Below are positions 10,147 through 19,560 of a stretch of DNA of 64,000 nt, one piece after another. The DNA lies in contig CAXXVS010000002.1 in NCBI GenBank assembly GCA_963674755.2, forward strand, positions 896,001-960,000. Reading direction: 5' to 3'. A program made the position numbers and the translations under genes. Source of the stretch: Desulfobacterales bacterium. GTDB taxonomy: Bacteria > Desulfobacterota > Desulfobacteria > Desulfobacterales > UBA5852. Within the stretch, counting starts at the first letter, position 1. Every line of letters starts with the position of its first letter. Below the pieces are notes generated by a model, which was not told the DNA's origin, did no database searches, and saw nothing but the letters and a program-made list of their open reading frames with translations.

Positions 10147-10292
10147 GGAGGGGGCAAGACCCGATGTCTTGCCCCCGACGAAAGGAGTTGGAATGGAATC
10201 CGTTGACGGCAATCGAGGGATCGTGAACTTCAAAAGCGCTCAGGGTTGATAGGCCAGGTCTGTAGGCGGTCGATCCCTGATTGCCACTTGAC
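10147..10292 (-). ncRNA. Candidate sigma54-dependent small RNA (about 145 nt; may extend to the terminator at 10054)
   Basis: Starts 12 nt after a sigma54 -12 box; 15-bp stem GGCAATC-AGGGATCG/CGATCCCT-C-GATTGCC; C/U-rich linker TTCCATTCCAACTCCTTTC; 11-bp GC hairpin at 10150-10176; no plausible ORF on this strand. Confidence 0.62.
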
Positions 10293-10303
10293 GCGGATTA
10301 ATA

Positions 10304-10318
10304 GCAATCCCTGTGCCA
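10304..10318 (-). promoter_or_regulatory. sigma54 (-24/-12) promoter
   Basis: TGGCACAGGGATTGC matches TGGCAC-N5-TTGC. Confidence 0.85.
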
Positions 10319-10390
10319 GAACGCCCCTCGACGATTTAGGCTAAAATAACAGTAGGATGGAATTTTTCAGATAATTGGATCAATACCTGT

Positions 10391-10428
10391 TTGACAGGAT
10401 CTGTCAGTCGCAATGCCGTAAATTGTCA
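10391..10428. promoter_or_regulatory. Tandem upstream activator site for a sigma54 enhancer-binding protein
   Basis: TTGACAGGATCTGTCAG-tcgca-ATGCCGTaaattGTCA; closely similar site at 35525-35562 at the same distance from its promoter. Confidence 0.72.
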
Positions 10429-10570
10429 GGCCACACGATGAGAAAACCCCGCTTGGGAGCCTTATCGGAGAGATGAGGGGTGAAACAACCCACCCAAAAT
10501 AAAGACGGCTCTATTAGGGAAGTGTAGGGCGTTTGGGTGAGGAGGGCGCCATCATCGCTATATTTCAGTC

Positions 10571-10599
10571 AAAAAAGGGCGGAGCTTTCGCTCCGCCCT
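10571..10599 (-). terminator. Intrinsic terminator (minus strand) with no upstream ORF
   Basis: AGGGCGGAGC-GAAA-GCTCCGCCCT-TTTTT. Confidence 0.8.
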
Positions 10600-10859
10600 G
10601 CGAGGAAGGTTATAAGGAATGCCACCAATACCGGCGACACCCGTATTGATGATAAGGACGGCGGTGCAAATGTTCAAGGGGTTTCGGCAATCCATGCTGA
10701 GCAGAGGCCTTTTCCCTATCCCTTATGTGTCAAGGCAGATACCGGACCTTCGGAATGTATTAACGCCCCACGTCCGAATGTTGTCTTAGAACTCCCTCCC
10801 TTTATACGGACACTCGATTAAAAAGTTCTTGACAAGATGCCCCATTTTTTTTACGTGTT

Positions 10860-10898
10860 TGTCACACATAGCGAATATTTGTAACGCAATGTGTGACA
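10860..10898. promoter_or_regulatory. Inverted repeat, probable IclR operator, just downstream of TTGACA (10829)
   Basis: TGTCACACAT-N19-ATGTGTGACA upstream of the iclR-like gene. Confidence 0.55.
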
Positions 10899-10976
10899 CA
10901 TGTATGACCTATACTTTCCCTGTATACGACAATAGCGATTACACACGGATCTTTTTGCTTAAGGCGAGGGCACGCG

Positions 10977-11771
10977 ATGCCATCCAAAGGGAAAAAATAC
11001 TATGTCATTTCTTCGCTGGGAAAAGGTTTGCGGGTGTTGGAACTGCTGGCCGAACACGGCGAATTGGGTGTTTCGGCCGTGGCCGCCCATTTGGATACAA
11101 ATCGGGCCGGCTGCCATCGGTTTCTATTGAGTTTGAGAGACTTGGGTTATGTGGAGAAAACGGAGGAAGGGCGCTATAGGCTGACCTTTAAAGTCCTTGA
11201 ACTCGGCATGAAGAAGCTCGAACGTTTTGAAATACGACATACGGCCCATCCCATGATGCAGGAGCTTTCCCGCGCCTTCCGTGAGACCGTCAATCTGGGT
11301 TTCTGGGACGGGCACGCCATCGTTCATCTGGACAAAATCAATAGCACTGAAATTCTTCGCATGGATTCAGGGTTGGGCACCCTGGCACCGGCCTATTGCA
11401 CCGGGTTGGGCAAGGCGATTCTGGCATTTTTGCCGGAGGATGAAGTCGATATCTATCTTCAGACGATCGAGTTCGAACGACTAACACCGAATACCATCCA
11501 TTCGGCGGACACCTTCAAGAAAGCCCTTTACAGGATTCGTGAGAGAGGCTTTGCCGTTGACAACGAAGAACTCAGCATCGGATTGCGCTGCATTGGAGCT
11601 CCGGTTTTTGACTACACCGGAAGGGCTAGTTTTGCGCTCAGCATCTCCGGGCCTACGCACCGAATGTCGGACGAGCGCGTAGAGGCAATGTCCGAAATCC
11701 TACAAAGCGTCTGCCAGCGCTTGTCACAAAAAATCGGCAGCCCAGGCCAACAGGCCCCGGGTTTTGCCTAA
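10977..11771 (+). CDS. IclR-family transcriptional regulator
   Basis: SLGKGLRVLE HTH; ETVNLG, YCTGLGKAILA, GFAVDNEE..GLRCIGAPV. Confidence 0.93.
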   Translation: MPSKGKKYYVISSLGKGLRVLELLAEHGELGVSAVAAHLDTNRAGCHRFLLSLRDLGYVEKTEEGRYRLTFKVLELGMKKLERFEIRHTAHPMMQELSRAFRETVNLGFWDGHAIVHLDKINSTEILRMDSGLGTLAPAYCTGLGKAILAFLPEDEVDIYLQTIEFERLTPNTIHSADTFKKALYRIRERGFAVDNEELSIGLRCIGAPVFDYTGRASFALSISGPTHRMSDERVEAMSEILQSVCQRLSQKIGSPGQQAPGFA

Positions 11772-11791
11772 ACAGGGAGGAATCGAAACTC

Positions 11792-12634
11792 ATGGGGAAA
11801 AAACATACGCGGTTTGACTTGCAGAAGATGAAGGACGAGCGCCAACGGGCCGTATGGGTCACGGCCTATGACTATTGGACAGCCAGCTTTGCCGAACAGG
11901 CTGGGATGGACATGATTCTGGTGGGGGATTCCCTCGGGATGTGCATCTACGGTTACAGTGGAACGGTCCCGGTCACCATGGACCAGTGCATTTATCACAG
12001 CGAAGCGGTTCGCCGGGGAGCGTCCAACACGTTTGTGATCGGCGACATGCCTTTTCTCTCCTACCAGGTGAGCGTTCCGGAAGCGGTGCGCAACGCCGGC
12101 CGCTTTCACAAGGAAGCCGGGGTGGACGCCATCAAGCTTGAGGGCGGACAACGCGTCATTGGGCAGATCCGCGCCATTGCCGACGGCGGCATGCTGGTCA
12201 TGGGCCACATCGGACTGACCCCCCAGAGTTCGGGCATGCAGGGAGGCTTTAAAGCCCAAGGACGCACGGCCGAAGCCGCTAGGGACCTTATCGAAGACGC
12301 CGTGGCCATCGAGGCGGCGGGTGCCTTCGCCCTTTTGGTGGAGGCGGTACCGCCGGAAGTCTGCGGCATCATCCGTGACAAGTTGACGATTCCCGTCTAC
12401 AGCATCGGCGCCGGTTGGGAAGCGGACGGGCAGCTCATGATCTGCAGTGATGTGCTGGGCATATTCCAGGCCTTCACCCCCAAGTTCGTCAAGAAATACG
12501 AAAACCTGGGGAAAAAGACGGTCGAAGCCTTCCAGCAATACGTCCAAGATGCCCGTAGCGGCGAATTTCCCAAGGAAGAACATGCCTACAAGATGGTGAC
12601 GGGTGAGTTGGAGAAATTGAAACAAATGCTTTAA
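11792..12634 (+). CDS. panB: 3-methyl-2-oxobutanoate hydroxymethyltransferase (PanB) homolog
   Basis: TAYDY, ILVGDSLG, DMPFLSY, IKLEGG, MGHIGLTPQ, IGAG, DGQ. Confidence 0.88.
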   Translation: MGKKHTRFDLQKMKDERQRAVWVTAYDYWTASFAEQAGMDMILVGDSLGMCIYGYSGTVPVTMDQCIYHSEAVRRGASNTFVIGDMPFLSYQVSVPEAVRNAGRFHKEAGVDAIKLEGGQRVIGQIRAIADGGMLVMGHIGLTPQSSGMQGGFKAQGRTAEAARDLIEDAVAIEAAGAFALLVEAVPPEVCGIIRDKLTIPVYSIGAGWEADGQLMICSDVLGIFQAFTPKFVKKYENLGKKTVEAFQQYVQDARSGEFPKEEHAYKMVTGELEKLKQML

Positions 12635-12868
12635 CCGAAGGGGAAAGGTTAACATAGAAGGGCAACAAACGAAGATTTAGGATTTCGATAAAAACACCAG
12701 GATTACGGCATGCGGCCGTGATTAGAGAATTCAACAACAACGGTATGCATCGGCATACATTGAAAAACACATCAGCGTGTTCGCTCCCGAAATAAGGATT
12801 TTTGGTTTTGACAGGAAGGTCAGGAGCAGAAAAGCCATTTCCGGAGGGGCACATTACCGGAGGTCTTT

Positions 12869-13813
12869 ATGTCAGCAGTGCTTAAAACGATTCGTGATTT
12901 CATGGAAAAAGAAGGTATCCCCGGACGGGACGCCTATGATCTGCCCACATCGACCAAGTCCTTCCCGGACGGCGCCAGTTTCCGCATCGAAATCGCCGGC
13001 GTGGAGCGTGCCTCGACCATGGAGGCCATGATCGACGAGGCGCGCAAACGCAATGTGACTATTCACCGCTGCATCGCCGCGGTGGGCGGATCCACCTACT
13101 GCGATTTCGAGGAGCTCAAAGCCATGGCCCAGATGGCGCGCGACGAGAAGATCGAGATGATCATGACCGTTGGCCACCGCAAGGGCTGGGACGCGGGCTC
13201 CAAGGAGATCTCCACGGCGGAAGGCGCCATGCAGGGCTTTCGGCTGCGCGGATCGGACAACATCTCCTATCACATCGCTGACATCATGCGGAACATCGAC
13301 GCCGGCCATCGCGGTTTCCTGGTTTACGATGAAGGGGTGCTCTACATCCTGAACAAGATGCGGGCCGAGGGACTGATTCCGGCTGAGACCATCTTCAAGT
13401 TTTCGGTTTTTGGCGGGTACTGCAGCGCGGCCGGCGCCAAAGTGATCGAGTCCATGGGGGCCAACTCCATGAACCCCATCTCCGATGTGTCCCTGCCGAT
13501 TCTGGGCTCAATCCGGAAAGCCGCCGACCTGCCGCTGGATGTTTATCTCATCATCGTGGACTCATTCGGCGGCATGTTCCGGGCCTATGAAGCGCCCGAA
13601 ATCGCCCGGGTGGCCGCCCCCTGCTACTTCAAGTTCGAGCCGGGAACCTCGGAAGGCGACATCTACAAACCGTGGATTACCGAAGCCTTTCACGGCAACC
13701 TCATCCGCGAAAAAGTCAAGATTGCCTCCATCGTTATGGAGATCATGCAGAAGCACGCCCCGGATTTAAAGACTTCCGCAAAAGGGCCGGCGGACCTTGT
13801 TTTACCGCGATGA
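12869..13813 (+). CDS. Uncharacterised U32-peptidase-like TIM-barrel protein
   Basis: 314-aa ORF with RBS GGAGG; LPTSTKSFPDGASFRIEI N-terminus recalls proteins annotated as U32-like; function unknown. Confidence 0.55.
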   Translation: MSAVLKTIRDFMEKEGIPGRDAYDLPTSTKSFPDGASFRIEIAGVERASTMEAMIDEARKRNVTIHRCIAAVGGSTYCDFEELKAMAQMARDEKIEMIMTVGHRKGWDAGSKEISTAEGAMQGFRLRGSDNISYHIADIMRNIDAGHRGFLVYDEGVLYILNKMRAEGLIPAETIFKFSVFGGYCSAAGAKVIESMGANSMNPISDVSLPILGSIRKAADLPLDVYLIIVDSFGGMFRAYEAPEIARVAAPCYFKFEPGTSEGDIYKPWITEAFHGNLIREKVKIASIVMEIMQKHAPDLKTSAKGPADLVLPR

Positions 13814-13928
13814 CCGGAGCCAGCGGCTGATGGTTGAAGGTGCCATGCGATCCTGAGGACCGCGATCGTTACCCTTCGCCCTGCCCAAGAGGGAAAAAGA
13901 TACCGAATAGACCGTAAGGACAGCCCCT

Positions 13929-15104
13929 ATGACAACGATCGATAAACTAGCTCGACGCACCCACCAAGTGGAGTGGTCGGGAATTCGCATCATGTTCGCT
14001 ATGGCCGAACAAATCCCGGATGTCGTCAATCTGGGGATCGGTCAGCCCGACTTCGATACGCCGGCATTTATTCGCGAGGCCGCGAAAAAGGCTTTGGACG
14101 AGGGGTTTACCCGCTATCCGCCCGCCAAGGGCTTTGCGGATCTGCGCAAGGCCATCGCCCAAAAGCTCGCGGTCGAAAACGGCATCACGGCCGACCCCAA
14201 CGCCGAAATCTTCGTGGCCGTAGGGGCTATGCAGGTCATTTTCAACACCTGTCTGCACTTGCTCAACCCGGGCGATGAGGTGATCGTCATAGATCCAGGC
14301 TACGACTACTATTCCCAGATCCGGTTGTTCGGCGGGGTGCCTGTGCCGGTCAAGGTCTACGAGTCCAACCAGTTCAAGGTGGATCCGGCCGACATCGAGG
14401 CGGCCATCACCGAGAAGACCAAACTGATGATCATTAACACGCCCTCCAATCCCACCGGGGCACTCTTCGACGAAGAGATCCTCAAGACGATAGCCGACAT
14501 GGCCCAAGCCCGCGACATCTGGGTACTTTCGGACGAACCATACGAGCATATCCTTTTTGACGGGCACAACCATGTCAGCATCGGCGCTTTCGAGGGCATG
14601 GCCGAGCGCACCATTTCGGCCTTCACCCTTTCCAAATCCTATGCCATGACCGGCTGGCGGGTAGGCTACGCAGCCGCGCCTAAGGTGATCGTCGACGAGA
14701 TGGAAAAATTGATGGAGCATATGGTCTCCGGCGTGGCGGCCATGGCCCAGCGGGCTGCCTTGGCCGCCATCACTGCTCCCCAGGATTGCGTGCAGGAGAT
14801 GGTGGCCACCTACGACCAGCGGCGACAGCTCGTCTACGATGGACTCAACGCCATCGACGGCATCCGCTGCCTCAAGCCGGAATCGACCTTCTACGCTTTC
14901 CCGAACATCAAGGCCACCGGGCTCTCCTCCTGGGAATTTGCCAAATACCTGGTGCAAGAACACCGGGTGGCGGTGGTGCCGGGAAGCATTTTCGGTGAGG
15001 GTGGCGAAGGATACGTGCGCTTTTCCTTTGCCGCCGGAATGAATCAGCTCAAGGAGGGCATTGCCCGTATCGAGAGAGGGGTGGCAGGTTTGAAACGCCC
15101 ATGA
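13929..15104 (+). CDS. Class I/II PLP-dependent aminotransferase
   Basis: NLGIGQPDF, NTPSNPTG, SDEPYE, SKSYAMTGWRVG. Confidence 0.92.
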   Translation: MTTIDKLARRTHQVEWSGIRIMFAMAEQIPDVVNLGIGQPDFDTPAFIREAAKKALDEGFTRYPPAKGFADLRKAIAQKLAVENGITADPNAEIFVAVGAMQVIFNTCLHLLNPGDEVIVIDPGYDYYSQIRLFGGVPVPVKVYESNQFKVDPADIEAAITEKTKLMIINTPSNPTGALFDEEILKTIADMAQARDIWVLSDEPYEHILFDGHNHVSIGAFEGMAERTISAFTLSKSYAMTGWRVGYAAAPKVIVDEMEKLMEHMVSGVAAMAQRAALAAITAPQDCVQEMVATYDQRRQLVYDGLNAIDGIRCLKPESTFYAFPNIKATGLSSWEFAKYLVQEHRVAVVPGSIFGEGGEGYVRFSFAAGMNQLKEGIARIERGVAGLKRP

Positions 15105-15149
15105 TCCGGAAACGCCTGTCCGGGCCTTTTTCTGAAGAGAGGAACGATC

Positions 15150-16322
15150 ATGCCGTTATTTCCCAAAGAAGAATATCTTGAACGGCTGCGCAAAACCAAG
15201 ACGCGCATGAGCGCGGCCGGCATCGATGTGCTGGTGGTGTCCGATCCGGCCAACATGAACTACCTAACCGGCTATGACGGTTGGTCCTTTTATGTGCCCC
15301 AGTGCGTGGTGGTCGGACTGGATGCCGATCTTCCCCTGTGGATCGGGCGGGGGATGGACGTGGCCGGCGCCCGTCACACCACTTTTTTACCCGAAGGCAA
15401 CATTGTCGGGTATCCGGACCATTACGTGCAGACCCTGGAGCGCCATCCCCTCAACTTTGTGGGGGATCGGATCAGGGATCGCGGCTGGGGAAACAAAACC
15501 GTGGGCGTGGAAATGGATGCCTATTATTTTTCAGCCCGCTCCTACGCCGAACTCCAGAAGCATCTACCCGACGCCCAATTCGCCAATGCCGACCTTTTGG
15601 TGAACTGGATTCGGTTGGTCAAGTCCGACGGAGAGATCGCCCTGATGAAAGAGGCCGGCAAGATTGCCGAGCGAGTTATGCAGACCGCCATCGACCGGCT
15701 TGAGCCGGGCGTGCGGGAGTGCGATGCCGTGGCTGCCGTCTACCAGGCCCAGATGTCCGGCACGCCGGATTTCGGAGGCGATTACCCCGCCATTGTCCCT
15801 ATGATGCCAACCGGCGAGAAGACATCGGCGCCGCACCTGACCTGGACCGACGCTCCCTACCAGAGCGAACAGATGGTCAACCTGGAACTGGCGGCCTGCC
15901 GCCATCGGTATCATTGCCCCATAGCTCGAACCGCTTATCTGGGGAAAAACCCGCCGGCCAAACTGGTGGAATTGGCCAATCACACCGTGGAAGGACTTGA
16001 CATCACGCTGGGGGCCATCAAACCGGGAATGCGGGCCGAGGAGGTGGAGCTGGTATGGCGCAACCATATCGCCAAGGCCGGTCTCGAGAAGGAATCCCGC
16101 ATCGGCTACGCCATGGGGCTGAACTACCCACCGGATTGGGGGGAGCACACCGCCAGTCTGCGCCCGGGGGATCAGACCGTGCTGGCGCCCAACATGACCT
16201 TTCATATGATTCTGGGCATGTGGATGGACGACTACGGATTCGAGTGCAGCGAGTCGCTGCGGCTGACGGAGACGGGCTGTGAAACCTTTGCCGACTTTCC
16301 GCGCAAGCTGTTTGTCAAATGA
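15150..16322 (+). CDS. eutD: Ectoine hydrolase EutD/DoeA-like (M24 fold), paralog 1
   Basis: DPANMNYLTGYDGWSFY, GGDYPAIVP, APHLTW, GLNYPPDWGEHTASLRPGD. Confidence 0.82.
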   Translation: MPLFPKEEYLERLRKTKTRMSAAGIDVLVVSDPANMNYLTGYDGWSFYVPQCVVVGLDADLPLWIGRGMDVAGARHTTFLPEGNIVGYPDHYVQTLERHPLNFVGDRIRDRGWGNKTVGVEMDAYYFSARSYAELQKHLPDAQFANADLLVNWIRLVKSDGEIALMKEAGKIAERVMQTAIDRLEPGVRECDAVAAVYQAQMSGTPDFGGDYPAIVPMMPTGEKTSAPHLTWTDAPYQSEQMVNLELAACRHRYHCPIARTAYLGKNPPAKLVELANHTVEGLDITLGAIKPGMRAEEVELVWRNHIAKAGLEKESRIGYAMGLNYPPDWGEHTASLRPGDQTVLAPNMTFHMILGMWMDDYGFECSESLRLTETGCETFADFPRKLFVK

Positions 16323-16378
16323 GGCGCGAGAAAAACGGTACCGGACGGAAAGAAACTTAAACCGAGAGGCTATGCACA

Positions 16379-17110
16379 TTGATTTACCGCACACGCCAAG
16401 GACAAGTGAGCAGCGGGGAGGCCATCGGCATCCTTTTGCTCGACACGGCGGTACCTTTCATCCCGGGGGATGTGGCCAATGCCACAACGTATAACTTTCC
16501 GGTGCGATTTAGGAAGGTAGAGGGATTCTCGGTAGCGCGGGCCATTGGCAAGGATCCCACGATATACGAGGTTCTCAAGGCGGCAGCCGAGGAACTGGTC
16601 GAACAGGGCGTGCGGGCCGTGACCGGGGATTGCGGATTTATGGCGTTGCACCAGGCACGCCTGGCGGATGAATTGGGGGTTCCCGTATTTTTGTCGAGCC
16701 TGCTGCAGATTCCGTTCATACTGAATATCCTCGGGAAAAGGGCCAAAGTTGGCGTGATTACGGCCGACAGCCGCAGTCTGGATGCCGGCCTTCTGGCGGT
16801 GGTGGGTGTCGGCGAGCCTGACCGCTTGGTCATCGAAGGACTGGAGGACCGCGAGGCCTTCTTCCGGTTCGCCATCGAGGAGACCGGTCTGCTCGATGCG
16901 GCGGAGGTGAAAGCCGAGGTGATCGAGGCCGGCCGACATATCGTGGCGCGCGATGATGCCGTGGGGGCGTTCCTGCTGGAGTGCAGTCTCTTGCCCCCCT
17001 ATGCCGCCGCCCTGCAGGAAAGGCTTCAAATGCCCGTGTTCGACTATATCACCATGATCAACCATGTTTTTTCAGCCGTCGTCCAACGACCTTACAACGG
17101 CTATCTCTAA
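16379..17110 (+). CDS. Asp/Glu/hydantoin racemase-family protein
   Basis: PGDVANATTY, GDCGF, LLECS (two-Cys pattern); TTG start with RBS GAGAGG. Confidence 0.78.
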   Translation: MIYRTRQGQVSSGEAIGILLLDTAVPFIPGDVANATTYNFPVRFRKVEGFSVARAIGKDPTIYEVLKAAAEELVEQGVRAVTGDCGFMALHQARLADELGVPVFLSSLLQIPFILNILGKRAKVGVITADSRSLDAGLLAVVGVGEPDRLVIEGLEDREAFFRFAIEETGLLDAAEVKAEVIEAGRHIVARDDAVGAFLLECSLLPPYAAALQERLQMPVFDYITMINHVFSAVVQRPYNGYL

Positions 17111-17151
17111 ACAAAAAGGGGCGCTGGATACCGAAGGAGACCGGTTACACA

Positions 17152-18363
17152 ATGGACGACCTTAAGCACCTATCCGAACAGATCGCGCAATATCACGACG
17201 AACTGATCGCGCTGCGACGGGACTTCCATCAGCATCCCGAGCTGGGCTTCCAGGAATTTCGCACCGCCGACCGGATCGAAGCTTATTTGAAGGCGATCGG
17301 CTTGACGCCCTGTCGCATGGCCGGCACCGGGGTCGTGGCCTGTCTCGAGGGCGCGTACCCCGGTCCTGTGGTGATGCTCAGGGCGGACATGGACGCCCTG
17401 CCGGTCAGAGAGGCAAACGCGATCTCCTACAAATCGCAGAATCCCGGCGTGATGCACGCCTGCGGGCATGATGCCCACATGGCCATGCTGCTGGTGGCAG
17501 CCAAGGTGCTGGCGCAAAACAAACAGGATATTCCCGGAACGATCAAGTTCGTTTTCCAACCCAACGAAGAGATCGCCGGCGCCCTGCCGATGATCGAGGA
17601 GGGGGTTCTCGAAAATCCCAAGGTCGATGCCGTCATGGGGCTGCATGTCTGGACCCCGGTGCCATCCGGCAGGATCGGCATCACGGCTGGACCGGTCATG
17701 GGGGGATTGGATGTCTTCAAAATGACCATTTCCGGCAAGGGGGGCCATACCGGGGTACCCGAGGACGCGGTGGATCCCATCCTGGCGGCCGCCAATCTGA
17801 TTCAAACGGTGCAGATGGTCCAGACCCGGGAGATCAGCAACCTGAAGTCCACCATCATCATGTTCGGCCGGATTGCCGGGGGCACCAAAAGCAACATCAT
17901 CCCCGACAAGGTCGATCTGGAAGGATCGATCCGGTTTCTCTACCAAGGGGGGCCGGACAGTGAGGAACAGCCCACGGAACGGTTTCTGCGCGTTGCCGAA
18001 AGCGTCAGCCGGACCCATCGCTGCCAATGTGGCATCGAGATCATCCACGAGAACATTCCCCTGATCAACGACCCCGGCATGGTGGCGCTGGCCCGCGCGG
18101 CGGCGGCAGAGGTCTTCGGCGACAAAAACGCTGTGGTCGACAATCAGACGATTGCCAGCGAGGACTTTTCCGAGTTCAGCACGCGGGTCCCGGGCGTATT
18201 TATGTTTCTGGGGGCCGGCAACGCCGAGAAAGGCACGGCCTTTCCCCATCACAATCCGCGTTTCAACGTCGATGAAGATGTCCTGTTAAGCGGTGTCGCC
18301 ATGCACGTGCAAGGCGCCTTGCATTATTTGACCCGGATTTCAGAAGAAGGAGGTGAACGATAG
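17152..18363 (+). CDS. M20D amidohydrolase
   Basis: HQHPELGFQE, LRADMDALP, HACGHDAH, FQPNEE, GGHT, SEDF, HHNPRF. Confidence 0.92.
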   Translation: MDDLKHLSEQIAQYHDELIALRRDFHQHPELGFQEFRTADRIEAYLKAIGLTPCRMAGTGVVACLEGAYPGPVVMLRADMDALPVREANAISYKSQNPGVMHACGHDAHMAMLLVAAKVLAQNKQDIPGTIKFVFQPNEEIAGALPMIEEGVLENPKVDAVMGLHVWTPVPSGRIGITAGPVMGGLDVFKMTISGKGGHTGVPEDAVDPILAAANLIQTVQMVQTREISNLKSTIIMFGRIAGGTKSNIIPDKVDLEGSIRFLYQGGPDSEEQPTERFLRVAESVSRTHRCQCGIEIIHENIPLINDPGMVALARAAAAEVFGDKNAVVDNQTIASEDFSEFSTRVPGVFMFLGAGNAEKGTAFPHHNPRFNVDEDVLLSGVAMHVQGALHYLTRISEEGGER

Positions 18364-18438
18364 CGGCAACCCTAACCTAAATGATCACTCAACAGCCCAA
18401 GGCTCGCCCGACGAGCTGTTTACGAAAGGAGCCCCACC

Positions 18439-19488
18439 ATGAAGAAATCCATCCTGCTATTGACGACCATTTTGGTCCTCACGTTTTTCGGCACCGCCAT
18501 GGCCGCTAATTACAACGGTCCGGCCATCAATGCCAAGCTGGCCTCGGAAGAGATCGAAGGCGACTTCATGACAGTCTGGGCGCGGAATTTTTCCGACCAC
18601 ATGAAAGAATGGTCAGGCGGCAAGATCAATATCGAAGTCTATCCCTACGGCACCCTGGGAGCCACCGGCGACATCAACGAGTTGGCCCAGATGGGCGTGG
18701 TGGAGTTCGTTTTTTCCGACCATGCCTGGATCAGCTCCTTTGTGCCCCAGGCCCAGGCCCTGGCTCTGAACTACATCTTCCCCACCGAAAAAGTGCCCGA
18801 GGTGCTCGGCTGGATGGCCCAAAACGGTAAATTTCTGCCGCTTCTGGAAGACGCCTTCCGTAAAAACGGCTTGGTACCCCTGTCCATCATGTTCGAGGGT
18901 TGGCAGTGGGTCACCTCCAAGAAGCCGATTACTTCCCTGGCCGACATGAAAGGCCTTAAGCTCCGTCTGATGTCCTCCAAGCTGCTGGTGGAAGACTACA
19001 AGGCCTACGGGGCCAGCCCCACGCCCATGAGCTACGGCGAAGTCTACAGCGGCCTGCAGATGGGTCTGATCGATGCGCAGGTCAACCCCCTGTTCGCCAT
19101 CTATTCCATGAAGTTCTATGAAGTACAGGATTACCTTACCCAGCTCAAGAGCGAGCCGTTTATCGGGATTCCCACGGTGAACGAGGATTTTTTTAACAGC
19201 CTGCCCAAGGAAGTTCAGGATGAGATGCGCAAATTCTGGATCGACGCCATCGTGCCGGCCGGAAACTGGATCACCAAACGCAATGCCGAGGATATGGAAA
19301 AGATGAAGGCGGCCAAGCCGTCGCTCAAGTTCGAGGTCCTGGACAATGCCACCATCGCCAAGTTTAAGGCCCGGGCCGAAACGGTCTACCCGGAATATAC
19401 TAAAATTGGCGGTGACGGGGCCCAGGCTATTCTGGACGCCCTGTTGAAAGACATCGCGAATGCGAAAAAGGCCCTGAATATCAAATAG
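18439..19488 (+). CDS. dctP: TRAP transporter substrate-binding protein DctP (TeaA/UehA-like)
   Basis: Signal peptide; YPYGTLG, EGWQW, LKLRLM, EVYSGLQMGLIDAQ, MKFYEVQDY. Confidence 0.9.
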   Translation: MKKSILLLTTILVLTFFGTAMAANYNGPAINAKLASEEIEGDFMTVWARNFSDHMKEWSGGKINIEVYPYGTLGATGDINELAQMGVVEFVFSDHAWISSFVPQAQALALNYIFPTEKVPEVLGWMAQNGKFLPLLEDAFRKNGLVPLSIMFEGWQWVTSKKPITSLADMKGLKLRLMSSKLLVEDYKAYGASPTPMSYGEVYSGLQMGLIDAQVNPLFAIYSMKFYEVQDYLTQLKSEPFIGIPTVNEDFFNSLPKEVQDEMRKFWIDAIVPAGNWITKRNAEDMEKMKAAKPSLKFEVLDNATIAKFKARAETVYPEYTKIGGDGAQAILDALLKDIANAKKALNIK

Positions 19489-19499
19489 GGAAAGAGCGA

Positions 19500-19526
19500 T
19501 CTGCCGCGGCCTTGCGCCGCGGCAGA
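19500..19526 (+). other. Stable hairpin between dctP and dctQ (mRNA stabiliser or partial terminator)
   Basis: TCTGCCGCGGC-cttgc-GCCGCGGCAGA. Confidence 0.55.
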
Positions 19527-19560
19527 ACCTGCTTGTTTACCGCAGCCCGAAGGCAAGCTC

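Noticed and set aside
10192..10248. Plus-strand 18-codon ORF MESVDGNRGIVNFKSAQG with a strong RBS (type I toxin?)
   Set aside because: Not hydrophobic and no plus-strand promoter seen; better explained as the mirror image of the sRNA anti-SD seed. Not fully excluded.
10537..11179. ORFs 10537-10821 and 10829-11179
   Set aside because: No motifs; they cross a terminator, promoter/operator sequence and the iclR start.
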